DNA of 54,188 nucleotides from Octopus sinensis (GCF_006345805.1 NW_021833823.1:1-54188), one strand, 5' to 3'; positions 1-12,006 are shown, counted from the first letter of the stretch. A program made the numbers and translations. Notes: generated by a model not told the origin, from the sequence alone.

Positions 1-1298
1 GCACTTTAACAAGCTGACAGCAAGGCGTCTAACTATATACAAAGTAAATGGGCGGCGCTGGTCCAACCTATGTAAATGTGAGGGTGGAATTAAACACCGA
101 AATTGTACGTGATCTAACACACATAAATATGACTCAGGACTGAAATGTCTGTATGGTTTTGCATGTCGCTAAAAAGAGCAGCCATCTCCTTAAAATTTTC
201 ACTCACTCTCAAGTGCGTAATTGATAATTTTAAGACTGGCGTAGGAAAAAATGTTGCCGCCCAGTCCCCTAAAAGCCTATACAGCCTTATGCAGTCGATC
301 CCAAGTGCCGCTCCAATGAACGCGTCGCCTGACTGACTTTCACACTCGCTCTTCTTTCGCCTTACCTAGGACGCTACTGATAATCTAGCCTTTGAAGTAA
401 GTGTCTGCGATTGTCCAAGGGCTAAATAATAATAACACACAATCATTCTCTGAACGAAAATATATTCACTGCGCATTAATTCCATAGTCACACATGCAAA
501 ACGAACATATGTTGCATGTATTCGTATTGCATGTAGAATCAACAAGGCGGCGATCCACAATTTTGAATCAATTTATTGTAATATTCAACATAAACGATGG
601 TTTTGTTAGGTTCTGATACTGGCGCATGTCGAGGTCGATTTTTTGCCTTTGATCTTGACGAGATCGATTTTGCCTTTAATCTTGATGAGTTCGATAAAAT
701 AAAATTAGAAAGTACTGATAAAAATATTAAACTAAATATCAATTTAACCCAGACACATTATCTGTACTTCGATTGCTAAATTGATTTCTTTAGTGAAAGC
801 AGTAGTTGTAAGAATATTGCATGCCAGGAAATAGACTTTGGCTTATTCCATGCCACAACTGCAATTGTCTTGAAGCATAACGAGATCCATAAAATAAAGT
901 TAGGAAGTACAAATGTAATCATCAAAATAGATATAAGTTTACTCCAGGCGGAGAAGCTGTGCGTCGATTGCTAGATTGATTTCTTCAGCGAAAGAAGTTT
1001 GTGTGCATATCACATTCTTGTAAATAGTCTTTGGGCTATTGCACCCCACAAGCAGTATGGTCATTCAGAAGTGGAATCATTGACAGGCAGTAATTCTTGA
1101 AGTGCCCTAATGGGTTTAAAAACTAGGACTGTCCTGTGCATGTTGTTATAATTTTATATAATAGATCATATGGCGAAGTGACGGTATTACGTTCATCCAT
1201 GAGGTGGCAGACGAATATGCCGACTCCTTGGTCTGTCGTTGTCCATTCCTTTCCTTATAAATGATTATGTATTAAACCTATTATTAGAGTGTTTCATA

Positions 1299-1536
1299 GG
1301 CGGCGAGCTGGCAGAAACGTTAGCACGCCAGGCGAAATGCTTAGCGGTATTTCGTCTGCCGCTACGTTCTGAGTTCAAATTCCGCCGAGGTCGACTTTGC
1401 CTTTCATCCTTTCGGGGTCAATTAAATAAGTACCAGTTACGCACTGGGGTCGATATGATCGACTTAATCCGTTTGTCTGTCCTTCTTTGCCCCATCTGTG
1501 TTTAGCCCCTTGTGGGCAGTAAAGAAATAGGTATTT
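1299..1536 (+). mobile_element. tRNA-derived SINE, family A (near full length)
   Basis: ggcgagctggcagaaacgttagc...gagttcaaattcc (B-box-like)...aaagaaataggtattt; same sequence recurs at 15741, 25566, 37524 and 50628. Confidence 0.85.
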
Positions 1537-1555
1537 CATCCCTCTCTAAGATCAG

Positions 1556-1700
1556 CGTTCAAATTCCGCCGAAGTCAATTTTGCCTTTCATCGTTTCAGG
1601 GTCGATGAATTAAGTACAAGTTACGTACTGGGGTAGATCTAATCGACTGGCCAACTCTCCCAAAATTTCAGGCCTTGTGCCTATAATAGAAAGAATTATT
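1556..1700 (+). mobile_element. SINE family A, 5'-truncated, with alternative 3' tail
   Basis: gttcaaattccgccgaagtc core followed by a ccaaaatttcaggccttgtgcc tail, also seen at ~25725-25760. Confidence 0.7.
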
Positions 1701-2139
1701 AGAGCGTGCCAAATCATCAGAGATTCGAACAAATTAACTTGCGATATTCAGTTCGACTTTTTATGTCTTTTGTTCAAAATCCACTGATGTCATTTTTGCT
1801 TTTCAAACTTACGAAGTCGATAAAATAAACTCAATTTAGTGGGTCCCTGTAATCTACTGGGTCCCTGCAATCGGCTAGAAACTTCCCTTCAAACCTCTTG
1901 TTTTGTGTCTTAATTAGAAATTATTGTTAGTAGCTCTGTCAGAGCCATCGGTGTTATGCCAAACCCGTTTAGGCCGCGTTCTCTCTTCTCCACCGACCAA
2001 AGACGGTGCAGTGTAGTAGATGGGCCAACAAGAAAATGCAAACAAAATTTTGTTCCATAACAATACAGAAATGCGTTTTGTCACTGGAGATTTCAGTCAG
2101 AAATATAAGGTTGGGACAAAAGAAGAACAGCAACGACTA

Positions 2140-2635
2140 CACCACTTTCACCATCGTTATTACAACCAATGATTATAATACCACCCCCGACATCACCACC
2201 ACAACCACCACAACCACCGCCACCATCACCACCACCACAACCACCATTACCATTACAACTATCATCACCACTACTGCTATTATGACTACGACTATCACCA
2301 TCACTATCAACAAGAGCAAGATTAAAAACAACAGCAACATAATCCGCAACCGGCACCACCAATGACACCAAAACTTCCTCCACCACCAACACCACCACCA
2401 CCACCACACCACCAGTATCACCACTACCACTATTACCACTACCACCATCACCACTACCATCACCAGTACCGCCATTAGCACAACTAGTGCTATCCCTCAC
2501 TACCACCACCACCACCACCACCACCTCAGTCATCACGGTTACCTCTTCAATCAACAAGAACTTCGTGACTACCTCCACTACGAGCTGCAGCAATGACCAT
2601 AACGATAGCAGTAACGAGCCTCTGTGTGACCACAC
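2140..2635. repeat. (ACC/CAC)-rich low-complexity tract
   Basis: Degenerate trinucleotide repeats; source of the poly-Thr/poly-Val ORFs. Confidence 0.9.
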
Positions 2636-2794
2636 GATCTACTAGAAATGGCAGTAGCATCTATCTCGAACCTCACAGTAAAGTCTTTAAAATGGACATT
2701 GGATAATTTACGTAACTCGGGATTCCTTATATCTGGAAAACATGAAAGAATAATGATAATAATAATAATAATAATAGTAATAATTAAAAAAATT

Positions 2795-2949
2795 TTTTTT
2801 TAGACATTCATTAGTACAACACCCCCACCCCCCAAATATATGGCACACTAGGCATAACAACAACGTGAACTTCCAACCTGTTGTCTCTTGAGGTCTCTGG
2901 GTGAGACTTGGAGCCAACTTGTACAAATATAAAGCAAAAGTCAAACATA

Positions 2950-2950
<1 letters not shown>
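2795..2950 (+). mobile_element. Probable 3' end of a non-LTR retrotransposon (possibly R4/Dong-like) inside (AAT)n
   Basis: Unique segment ending gtcaaacatag, flanked on both sides by (AAT)n; family assignment from recall only, no ORF motif visible. Confidence 0.35.
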
Positions 2951-3012
<62 letters not shown>

Positions 3013-3441
3013 GATTTGCTTGTCAGTTGTTTGACCTTAACCAATTGACCATGTCCCTTGGTGGCTGACGATACGTGCATCTCTGATCATGAGCAGAGGT
3101 AGTGGGGGAGCATCATAGCCGTGTGTTGAAAGGAATTCTTAGAGGTTTGGATAATTCACCTTTGGAAACATGGGTGGTTCGTTCAACATCCTTAAACAAT
3201 CCTTCTTCAGGGACCTTTTGAACGGGATGGGATACTTGACCAGAAGAAAATTCTAACTGGGCCCCCACCTGCAAGGTCATTCGCTGTTTATCTTGATATG
3301 AGATAACCATGTCGCGCACATATGGTTGTGATGCATGTGCCTGATGTAGCCTTATCAGACGGGTAGTCATGATGGGTATACTGGGCTTCGTATATTTTAC
3401 CCCAGTGTCACTATGATGGCATGCACTGCTCTCTCACTCAC
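3013..3441 (+). mobile_element. ~430-bp non-coding interspersed element flanked by (AAT)n
   Basis: Sharp boundaries against AAT repeats on both sides; resembles a recalled octopus dispersed repeat. Confidence 0.5.
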
Positions 3442-3444
3442 TAA

Positions 3445-3900
3445 CGATAATAATAATAATAATAATAATAACAGCAACAATAACAACAACAACAACAACA
3501 ACAACAACAATAATAATAATATAAATAAATTAGAATACGTTGATTTTCGTTCTGCTTCATCACGGCTCAACTATTGATAAACAAACAACATTAGGAACTG
3601 CATCAGCAACAGCAGCATCAGCAGCATTAGCGTCAGCAGCATTAGCGTCAGCAGCAACAACAACAACAACAACAACCACAACAGCAAGAGCAGTAACATA
3701 ATTATTAGGCACCACCACCACCACCACCATCACACCATCACGATAACAACAACAACAATAACAATAACAACGGCAACAAGAACAAGAACAACGACAGCGG
3801 CGACGACTGCAACAACATCATCAACAACAAAAACAACAACGACAACAACAACAACAACAAAAACAACTGCAACAGGGCATCATCCCTTTCACAACGATAA
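3445..3900. repeat. Compound (AAT)/(CAA)/(CAG) microsatellite region
   Basis: Directly visible. Confidence 0.9.
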
Positions 3901-4285
3901 TACAACCTAGAGGGCGGCATGGCAGGAAGAAAGAACGATTTCAATAAGAAAATTCCTGGTATTGATTAGAGAGTTAGATATATAGAGGATTCTCAAAGGA
4001 CCTATTGCAACTTATCTTCCTTCCAATTAAGTTTTCAATGTGTTCACTTATTGTAACCCGAAGCTTGATTTTTGTGTTCAATACAATCTGTATTTGTGTT
4101 CAATACAATCCTGTATTTATTGGCTACATTGACACTGAATGAAGAGAGGCTGACTGCGAAGAATTGGATGCGTTACTTACGGGTTGCCTGCGGATGAAAT
4201 CCACTGTTAGAGTTCTTGATTGGAAGAGTTTCAGTGTTAACATATTGACATAGATATTTACCGTGTGCAGTACTTGACTGTGTAT

Positions 4286-4317
<32 letters not shown>

Positions 4318-4535
4318 GTGTAAATGACAATAGAACAGAGACAGTGTACAGTTTTAAATTGAAAGATTTGCACAAGGTGTATATATTGATACGATAGATG
4401 CATTATACAGGATTAGAGAGGATTTAATGGAGCTTATAGATATTAGGTTAGATACAGCTTACTAATATTGACTCTGTTTGTGTGTGTGTATGAATATATG
4501 TATATATATTATATTATATTATATTATATTAATTG

Positions 4536-4675
4536 GAGGAAAAATCAAAAGCAAGGCAGAACAAGTATCTCAAGTCATTTAGAATAATTTAATAAGAGTA
4601 AGGCGAATTACCCTAATTTAATTATTCTAAATGACTTGAGATACGCGTTCTGCCTTGCTTTTGATTTTTTTCCTC
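4536..4675. repeat. Fold-back inverted repeat (~55-bp arms, ~30-nt loop)
   Basis: gaggaaaaatcaaaagcaaggcagaac..gtatctcaagtcatttagaataatt versus aattattctaaatgacttgagatac..gttctgccttgcttttgatttttttcctc. Confidence 0.9.
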
Positions 4676-4694
4676 TAATATAATATATACATAC

Positions 4695-4915
4695 GTAGAG
4701 GCGCAATGGCCTAGTGGTTAGGCAGCGGACTCGCGGTCGCAGGATCGCGTTTCGATCTCAGACCGGGCGTTGTGTGTGTTTATTGAGCGAAAACACCTAA
4801 AAGCTCTACGAGGCTCCGGCAGGGGTGGTGGATCCATGCTGTACTCTTTCACCACAATGGCGGTGCCCAGCATGGCCACAGCTCAAGGGCTGAAACTGAA
4901 AAAAAAAAACAAAAA
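4695..4915 (+). mobile_element. SINE family C head fused to a family-B-type 3' tail
   Basis: gtagaggcgcaatggcctagtggttagg head matches 22263-22586; ggcggtgcccagcatggccacag...ctgaaac plus A-run tail. Confidence 0.7.
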
Positions 4916-5106
4916 AACAATACTATAACAGAAGCCTAACACGAATACCTAGATCCAGCCTTAGCTCTAATTTTGGAACCTAATGGTCGACCGACTATGG
5001 CACTTACCCAGTGTACCTATTCGTTTAGATCCCAAGTGAGCAGAACCCCTCATATTTTCTATCCCTCTCCATCTCTCTGTCTTTATATATATATATATAT
5101 ATATAT

Positions 5107-5270
5107 TCTTTATTTTCTCTCCTTGTTTCTTTCTGTGTTCCTTTCTGTGGAAGAGCATAGGCTCGAAACGTTAAATACTTTTTCACTTCCCGAGCGTTAA
5201 ACTAATACATCTGTTTGTTGCCTACACCACCTGTCGTCATCGTTTTTTTTTTGTGAATTATCCTCCCTAT
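5107..5270 (+). mobile_element. PLE-type terminal-repeat fragment with HHR-like motif (5141-5176)
   Basis: Second copy in reverse orientation at ~24050-24230; gaagagcataggctcgaaacg signature. Confidence 0.6.
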
Positions 5271-6190
5271 ATATGTAAACAGGAAAAAATGTACTCAAAA
5301 TTTGAGTAAATATATATATTTTTATTAACGTTTAGCAATAACAGAGGGACTCGAGGTCCAAGAGTTTCGTGCGTTGGCACTTATCAAGAGTTTGTCATAG
5401 CTCTCAAGAGCCCTATAATTTATGAGTAAATTTGGAATCTCAGCTGACACAAAAACGTACCATCCTACGACTGACTGTTTCGAAACCTGCAAACACTATA
5501 CTCAGATTATAAATTCACAATTATATTTTTTCGTGTACCTCATTCGTGAGTAAGTAAGTACATAAATGACTGTGAAATACAAGGGGTTTTCTGAGAAAGA
5601 AACCAACTAGGTACAATATACATTACAAATACAGTCTGAAAGCGGAACGATAAATATATACATGACATTTCTCAAGTTGAACATCTGAATTTGTTTTTGC
5701 TGTCTACATTCCGACGACGTAAGAAACCAGCTCCCTCATACAGAAGGATTTTAATTAATTAAAAATCGAAAAGATCATACATACATACATACATACATAC
5801 ATACATACATACATACATACATACATACCCATTTCACTTTACACTCTTTTGAGATACATAGATTATTTCGCCCGTTTCCTCACCTCTAGAACGTCTAAAC
5901 TTGTACCTATCTATGTTAAAACTATCACTGGTCATATAGCTTCTCTTTTAATCACATTATACTCTAGTAATAATTTAACAGAGCCGATACCAACTTATGT
6001 GAAAAGTATGTGTGCAAAACATGGTATAATTATATAATGCTTGACACGTGAAATCGCATAATTTCGTGACTTTAACAGGAAATTAGTAATTAAAAACAAT
6101 GGTGTTTCTAAACTTTTTTTCTTTTTGCACTCTCTCCCATACACACGTATACGCATAAACGTCAGTATGTATATCTATATATGCACAAAG

Positions 6191-6250
<60 letters not shown>

Positions 6251-6281
6251 TGCGCGCGCGTGTGGTATGTATATATATATA

Positions 6282-6324
<43 letters not shown>

Positions 6325-6426
6325 AAAAATCTCTGAACGACGTATAAACAGTAACTGCATGACAATGTGAGGTATATTTGCCATCTCAATATGGCTAACC
6401 ACTAAGGGAGCGGTGTTACTGTAGCT

Positions 6427-6460
<34 letters not shown>

Positions 6461-6639
6461 ATATATATATGTATATATGTATGTCTCTCTCTCTATATAT
6501 ATATATGTAATATGTATATATACATACATACTTACATATATATATATATATATTATATATGTATATAATATATTATTGTGTCTGGAGAGAGTCATTCTGT
6601 TTTAATGCCTTATTAACACACTCACAGGTTCTATTCCCA

Positions 6640-6830
6640 CTCGTTTACTTATTCGTGTGTGTGTGTGTGTCTTTGTGCCAGCATTTGTGCCCCACCACTG
6701 CTTGACAACCGGTGTTGGCTTATTCACATCGCCGTAACTTAACGAGAGAATAAGGACCGAGAGAATAAGTACCAGGGTGATAATAGATATCAATTCGTTG
6801 GAGTAACCTTTTTAAAGGCGGTGCGTTTTC
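6640..6830 (+). mobile_element. SINE family B, 3' part
   Basis: gcttgacaaccggtgttgg...gaataagtacc...aaaggcggtgc. Confidence 0.65.
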
Positions 6831-7160
6831 ATTTTTTTTTCTGATTATTTCGATTCATATTCAAAGGACAATCTTGATTCACTATTCATATTATTTATAT
6901 ACATCATCACATCTTACATTGCTTTGCGATATAATAAATATTGAATTATCTATGAATTTATACATTTTTTCTCCTATATACACACGTCCCATAACTGTAT
7001 TTCATATTTGATACTTTATGAATACCACTGATTAATACGCCACTTTGTAGCTATTATCACTATTACACCTTTTTAGCCTTTTCCAATTTCCTAACCATTC
7101 TATCGTAATACTCATAGATATGAGTATTATACGTAATGCTCTTATTATAGTAGAATGTAC

Positions 7161-7460
7161 TTAGTGGTCAGAGCGTCGGGCTCACAATTATGAGGTAGTG
7201 AGTTCAATTCCCGGACCGGGCTGTATGTTGTGTTCTTGAGCAAGACGCTTTATTTTACGTTGCTCCAGTTCATTCAGCTGTAGAAATGAGTTTCAACGTC
7301 ACTGGTGCCAAGTTGTATCGGCCTTTACGTTTCCCTTGGATAACATCTGTGGAGTAGAGAGGGAAGGTTTCCATAAACAGCCTTGCCCGGATTTGTGCTT
7401 CGAAGGGTAAGTTTCTTCGTACAATCCCATGGACATTCATGACCGAAATGGGGTCTTTTT
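7161..7460 (+). mobile_element. tRNA-derived SINE family D
   Basis: ttagtggtcagagcgtcgggctc (A-box-like), gagttcaattccc (B-box-like); partial copy at 34529-34701. Confidence 0.75.
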
Positions 7461-7914
7461 TTCCTTAGTACGAATCGCTGCTTTGCCATGATTTATACAG
7501 CTGGAAGCACTTCCTAATGCTCCACTCCACACTAGAAGCTACATTGGTTGCTTCTCCCGTGGCACCAGCATTAGTGAGGTCACTATATAAATCATAAGGC
7601 AGAATACCAATGTTGTGTAAAGTCTATGTAAACGTGTGAAGATATACTGCCTCATAACATTATATGACATCCCGAAATATGCTAAACACAATAATTTCGT
7701 GATTTTAACAGGAAATTGGTTATTAAAAACATAAATGTGAAAATTTATTTATTTCCATTTTATATATTAATTTTATATTAATTTATGTATTTTCTTATTC
7801 TTTGAACTCAAAATCGCCATGTATGTCTATTTTTTAAAAACACTTTTGATTTCATATTCTGTTTGTGTATTGTATTTGAAACACGTGGATAGTAGATGGG
7901 GAAACGGAAGAGAA

Positions 7915-8166
7915 AGAGGGGGAGGAGGAGGAGGGGGAGGAGGAGCAGGAGCCGGAGGAAAAGAAGAAGAAGAAAGAAGAAGAAGAAGAAGAAGAAGAAG
8001 AAGGAGAAGAAGAAGAAGGAGAAGGAGAAGAAGAAGGAGAAAGAGAAGGAGAAGGAGAAGGAGAAGGAGGAGGAGGAGGAGGAGAAGAAGGAGAAGGAGA
8101 AGAAGAAGGAGAAGAAGAAGAAGAAGAAGAAGAAGAAGAAGAAGAAGAAGAAGAAGAAGAAGAAGA
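7915..8166. repeat. (GGA)/(GAA)n polypurine microsatellite
   Basis: Directly visible. Confidence 0.95.
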
Positions 8167-9279
8167 ATGGACGACAGCAGGAACAACGAAATGAAATTAA
8201 TGCGTGTTTACGTGGACATTGGAAAGTGATGAGAAAATTTTGAAAATATTGAATGATATAGAAATTGGTAAAATAAAGAATATGTTATTAAGAAATGATT
8301 GTATTTACTATTTAACGCGATTTGCAATATTAATTGTTCCAAGCATGGGTACGTGACCAGAAATTTACGGAGAGAAATGGAGAGGCGGAGAGAGGGAGAA
8401 AAAGAGAGGAAGGGAAAAGAAGGAAGAGAGGGGAGTAAGAGCAGAGAGGGAGAAAAGGAAAGAGAGGGAGGAGGGGAAAGAGGTAGAAAGGAAGCTGTTG
8501 ATGATATCTACGTTAGTAGTTTTCTGGTGTCTTATCTTTATCAAATCTGGAAGGATTAAGTTTGAACCCGACAGGATTTTAATTCAAGAGTTAAAGAGCA
8601 GGAATAAATACCACAAGGCATTTTGCCTGATGATTCAACAATTCTGCAATCTGTTAGGCATTTACACAGACACACAGACACACACAACATATATGTATAA
8701 ATTAAAAATTGTTTCCAGTTCAGATATGCATGAGCGATATTCGAACCCTTAAGAAAGCACTTTAATGTATATTGTCATGGAGAAAACTTCCCACTGGACA
8801 GAAATAAGTATAAACACACCGAGTCTGTTCGCAGTGCTCCGGAACCAGACTGCTGGACGCATGAATTTCGGCGTGGTTATACCGTCTTCAGTAGCAGAGA
8901 CCGGAAAGGCAGACGCTTCGAGCTGACACGAGAGATGGGTCCCTCTTATGATATTCAAGTCATCGCTCAATGATCGGTTGCAGTATTCAGCGACTCGCCT
9001 TAAACATAATTCGGGGTTATAGCGCTGAGATAACTCGGAAGCAGTTCAAATATGCCTGAGAAATATTCGAGACTGTAAAAAAGTCATTCTCTGTATTTTG
9101 TTATGCAGACAAATGTGTAAATATTTCGCTGTAGAGAGATAGATGTGAAAACAGTAAGTCAGTTCACAGCACCCACTTACTATTTGTATTTGTACACATC
9201 ACTGTCACGCCGTAGTTAGTTCACGGCAAGCCGCTGAATACCACAACCAGTTATTGAAGAGGGACATGTCTTTCTTGTC

Positions 9280-9380
9280 AGTTCGTAGTGTTTCCCTTTC
9301 ATCCCTAAAAGGAAAGGTTGACCTCGGTGGAATTTGTGCTCAGAACGTAGAGTCTGACGAAATAGCGTTAAGCACTGAGT
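9280..9380 (-). mobile_element. Degenerate SINE family A fragment
   Basis: gaaaggttgacctcggtggaatttgtgctcagaacgtag. Confidence 0.65.
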
Positions 9381-10122
9381 GAACGACGTAATGGACAAAC
9401 GCCGTCCTCCAAAATTTTAGGACTTGTGTCTATATCTGAAAGAATTGTTATAGGCAAACACAATATGAGCGCAATATAAAGTCATCAGAGAGCAAATAAA
9501 AAACAAAAATATTATGCACAGGAGTTAATCTAAATCTAAATCTCTCACGATTCCGTTAATTCGCCGGATATTTTAAATGTAAATAAGTTATAAAATTACT
9601 AGTTTGATGCATTTTAAATCTTAGTTCTAACATTCTTTTTGTCGGTTGTGTTACATCGCAGTATGGTAGATGCACATACTATAAATGGCAGCTAAATGTG
9701 CTTCAAATGATGCTTAACTAGAATCTTAAATAACTAGGCTGCATGGGTAGTATAAATATCGATATATAAAATTAAAAACAATAGAATTGATGGTCACGGT
9801 CGGAACGTATTTGATCAAAGGGCTATATAATGAAGTTAAAACAATTTTATTTATTTATTTATTTATTTATTTATTTTCTTCTAATGAATGATAGGAAAAT
9901 ATCAACAAATAATCAGAAAGAATTTAAGCAGAGAAATTATTATTGAATGAGAGAGAGAGGGAGAAAGGACAGATTGAGAGAGAGAGAGGGGGGAGAAAGA
10001 GAAAGAGGGCAGGGATAGCGGAGGAAAAAGAGGGCGGAAAAGATAAAATATAGCGTGGTATTTGTAAATATATATACATATATATGTGTGAGTGTGTGTG
10101 CGCGTGCGTGTATCTTTATGTA

Positions 10123-10157
<35 letters not shown>

Positions 10158-10895
10158 GTTTAAATACACATATACTTATATATATATGTGCGTGTGTGTA
10201 TGTATGTATGTATATATATATATATGTTTATATACACATATACATATATATATACATATGTGTGTGTGTGTATGTATGTATATATATGTATATATATGTG
10301 TGTGTGTGTGTGCATATGTGTATGTATATGTATATATATCCTATGAGTGAGAATGTCATACATATGTACATATATGCATAAACATATGTATATGTGCGTA
10401 TACAATGATAATGATGATGATGATGATGATGATGATAATGGTGGTGGTAATGATGATAATGCGTGTATGTCTCTGTGTGTGTGCGAGTGTATTCCTCAGT
10501 ATGCGCACCACAGAAATGAAGTGCTGAAAGAGTTTGTTATGCAGTACAATGAAAAGATAATCATGTTTTAACGTAATCAATGTAAACATTTCAATAAAGT
10601 CCAAATTGGCAGTGGATGGGTCAAAGTTCACATTTATATCCCTGACAAGTCTGTCAATATTTAGACTGTATTTTTTTTTGTTTTTAAGTGGTGATGGAAG
10701 TAGTGGTGCAGGTGGTAGTGGTGATGGTGGTGGTGTGCTGTATTTTCAAATTCCACTTTGTTGTATGATGTTTGGTTTCCTTTGATTAGCGCAACACTTC
10801 TCCATACCCAACACAATCAAACGCACAATCTCACACACATATTTATATACAAACGAATATATAGTATGCATTCACATATATGTATACGTATTATA

Positions 10896-10933
<38 letters not shown>

Positions 10934-11269
10934 TATGTATATATATATATATATATACATATATATGTATATATATATGTATATATGTATACATATTTAT
11001 ATGTATATATATATATGAGTGTGTGTGTGTGCATATATATGTATATAGCGAAAAAGCTAGTTTTAAAATCTAAGAGATGAATGCAGTAGTTGTTCTAGCA
11101 AGTAATGTTCGTATCCATTTCAACATGGTTGGCCGTTCGAACGGACTCTACTGCGATTTGTTTAACCCCAAGAAGACATCTCTAGCTATTTTACGATGCA
11201 CACCTTTCTCCGAGAGATTTATAACTAGCTTTCTGTTTGTTGCAAAATCAGCGGGTGTGTGCTGATTGA

Positions 11270-11375
<106 letters not shown>

Positions 11376-11601
11376 GAAATATTAAAATTACTAAGTCTCT
11401 CTAAAAGAGAACAACGGCAGCGTTCCCGGAAAATATTAGTTATCGCCATACTAATATGGCATTCTTATAAAAATAAGAATAAAGCTGACCGCTTATTAGC
11501 TCCATGAGGCCATCGCCTTAAGTTAGCTATTTGATACACAAACTGTATCCATATAACCTTTGAACAAGGGAGGTCAGTCGCTCCACACTACTTGGCCGGC
11601 A

Positions 11602-11643
11602 GCTACAGACGCGTTTCGGGGTATTGCCCCTTTTCAATGCAGC
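11602..11643 (-). ncRNA. Minimal type I hammerhead ribozyme (U3-A8 core)
   Basis: GCUGCA-UUGAAAA-GGGG CAAUA CCCC-GAAA-CGCGUC-UGUAGC; predicted cleavage after minus-strand C at 11608. Confidence 0.8.
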
Positions 11644-11964
11644 GTAGCCAAACCAGTAGGTGTCGCTTCCGACAATCTCTGTTCAGAGGTTTTATTTACC
11701 TAGCTTCGGTGGAATACATCCACTTGTTTTCAATAATAGAAATATTAAAATTACTAAGTCTCTCTAAAAGAGAACAACGGCAGCCTTCCCGGAAAATATT
11801 AGTTATCGCCATACTAATATGGCATTCTTATAAAAATAAGAATAAAGCTGACCGCTTATTAGCTCCATGAGGCTATCGCCTTAAGTTAGCTATTTGATAC
11901 ACAAACTGTATCCATATAACCTTTGAACAAGGGAGGTCAGTCGCTTCACACTACTTGGCCGGCA

Positions 11965-12006
11965 GCTACAGACGCGTTTCGGGGTATTGCCCCTTTTCAA
12001 TGCAGC
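11965..12006 (-). ncRNA. Minimal type I hammerhead ribozyme (U3-A8 core)
   Basis: Identical 42-nt motif, 363 bp from the previous copy. Confidence 0.8.

Noticed and set aside
597-779. ORF containing LDEFDKI (ATPase Walker B-like)
   Set aside because: Underlying DNA is a degenerate SINE-A core (gaggtcgattttttgcctttgatc); no Walker A motif
1945-2092. Minus-strand frame with ILFAFSCWPIYY, resembling GPCR TM6
   Set aside because: Only ~55 codons, no TM7/NPxxY and no other GPCR exons found
4120-4200. NWMRYLRVA, resembling a PR/SET motif
   Set aside because: Followed immediately by a stop, with no flanking domain sequence or convincing splice sites
4695-4770. tRNA-like sequences at SINE heads (also 7161, 22510-22586, 46580-46640)
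   Set aside because: A/B-box-like motifs only, no complete cloverleaf, and they continue into SINE bodies
8720-9075. GC-richer segment with 70-100-codon open frames on both strands
   Set aside because: No recognisable homology and no way to choose a frame; left uncalled pending RNA-seq
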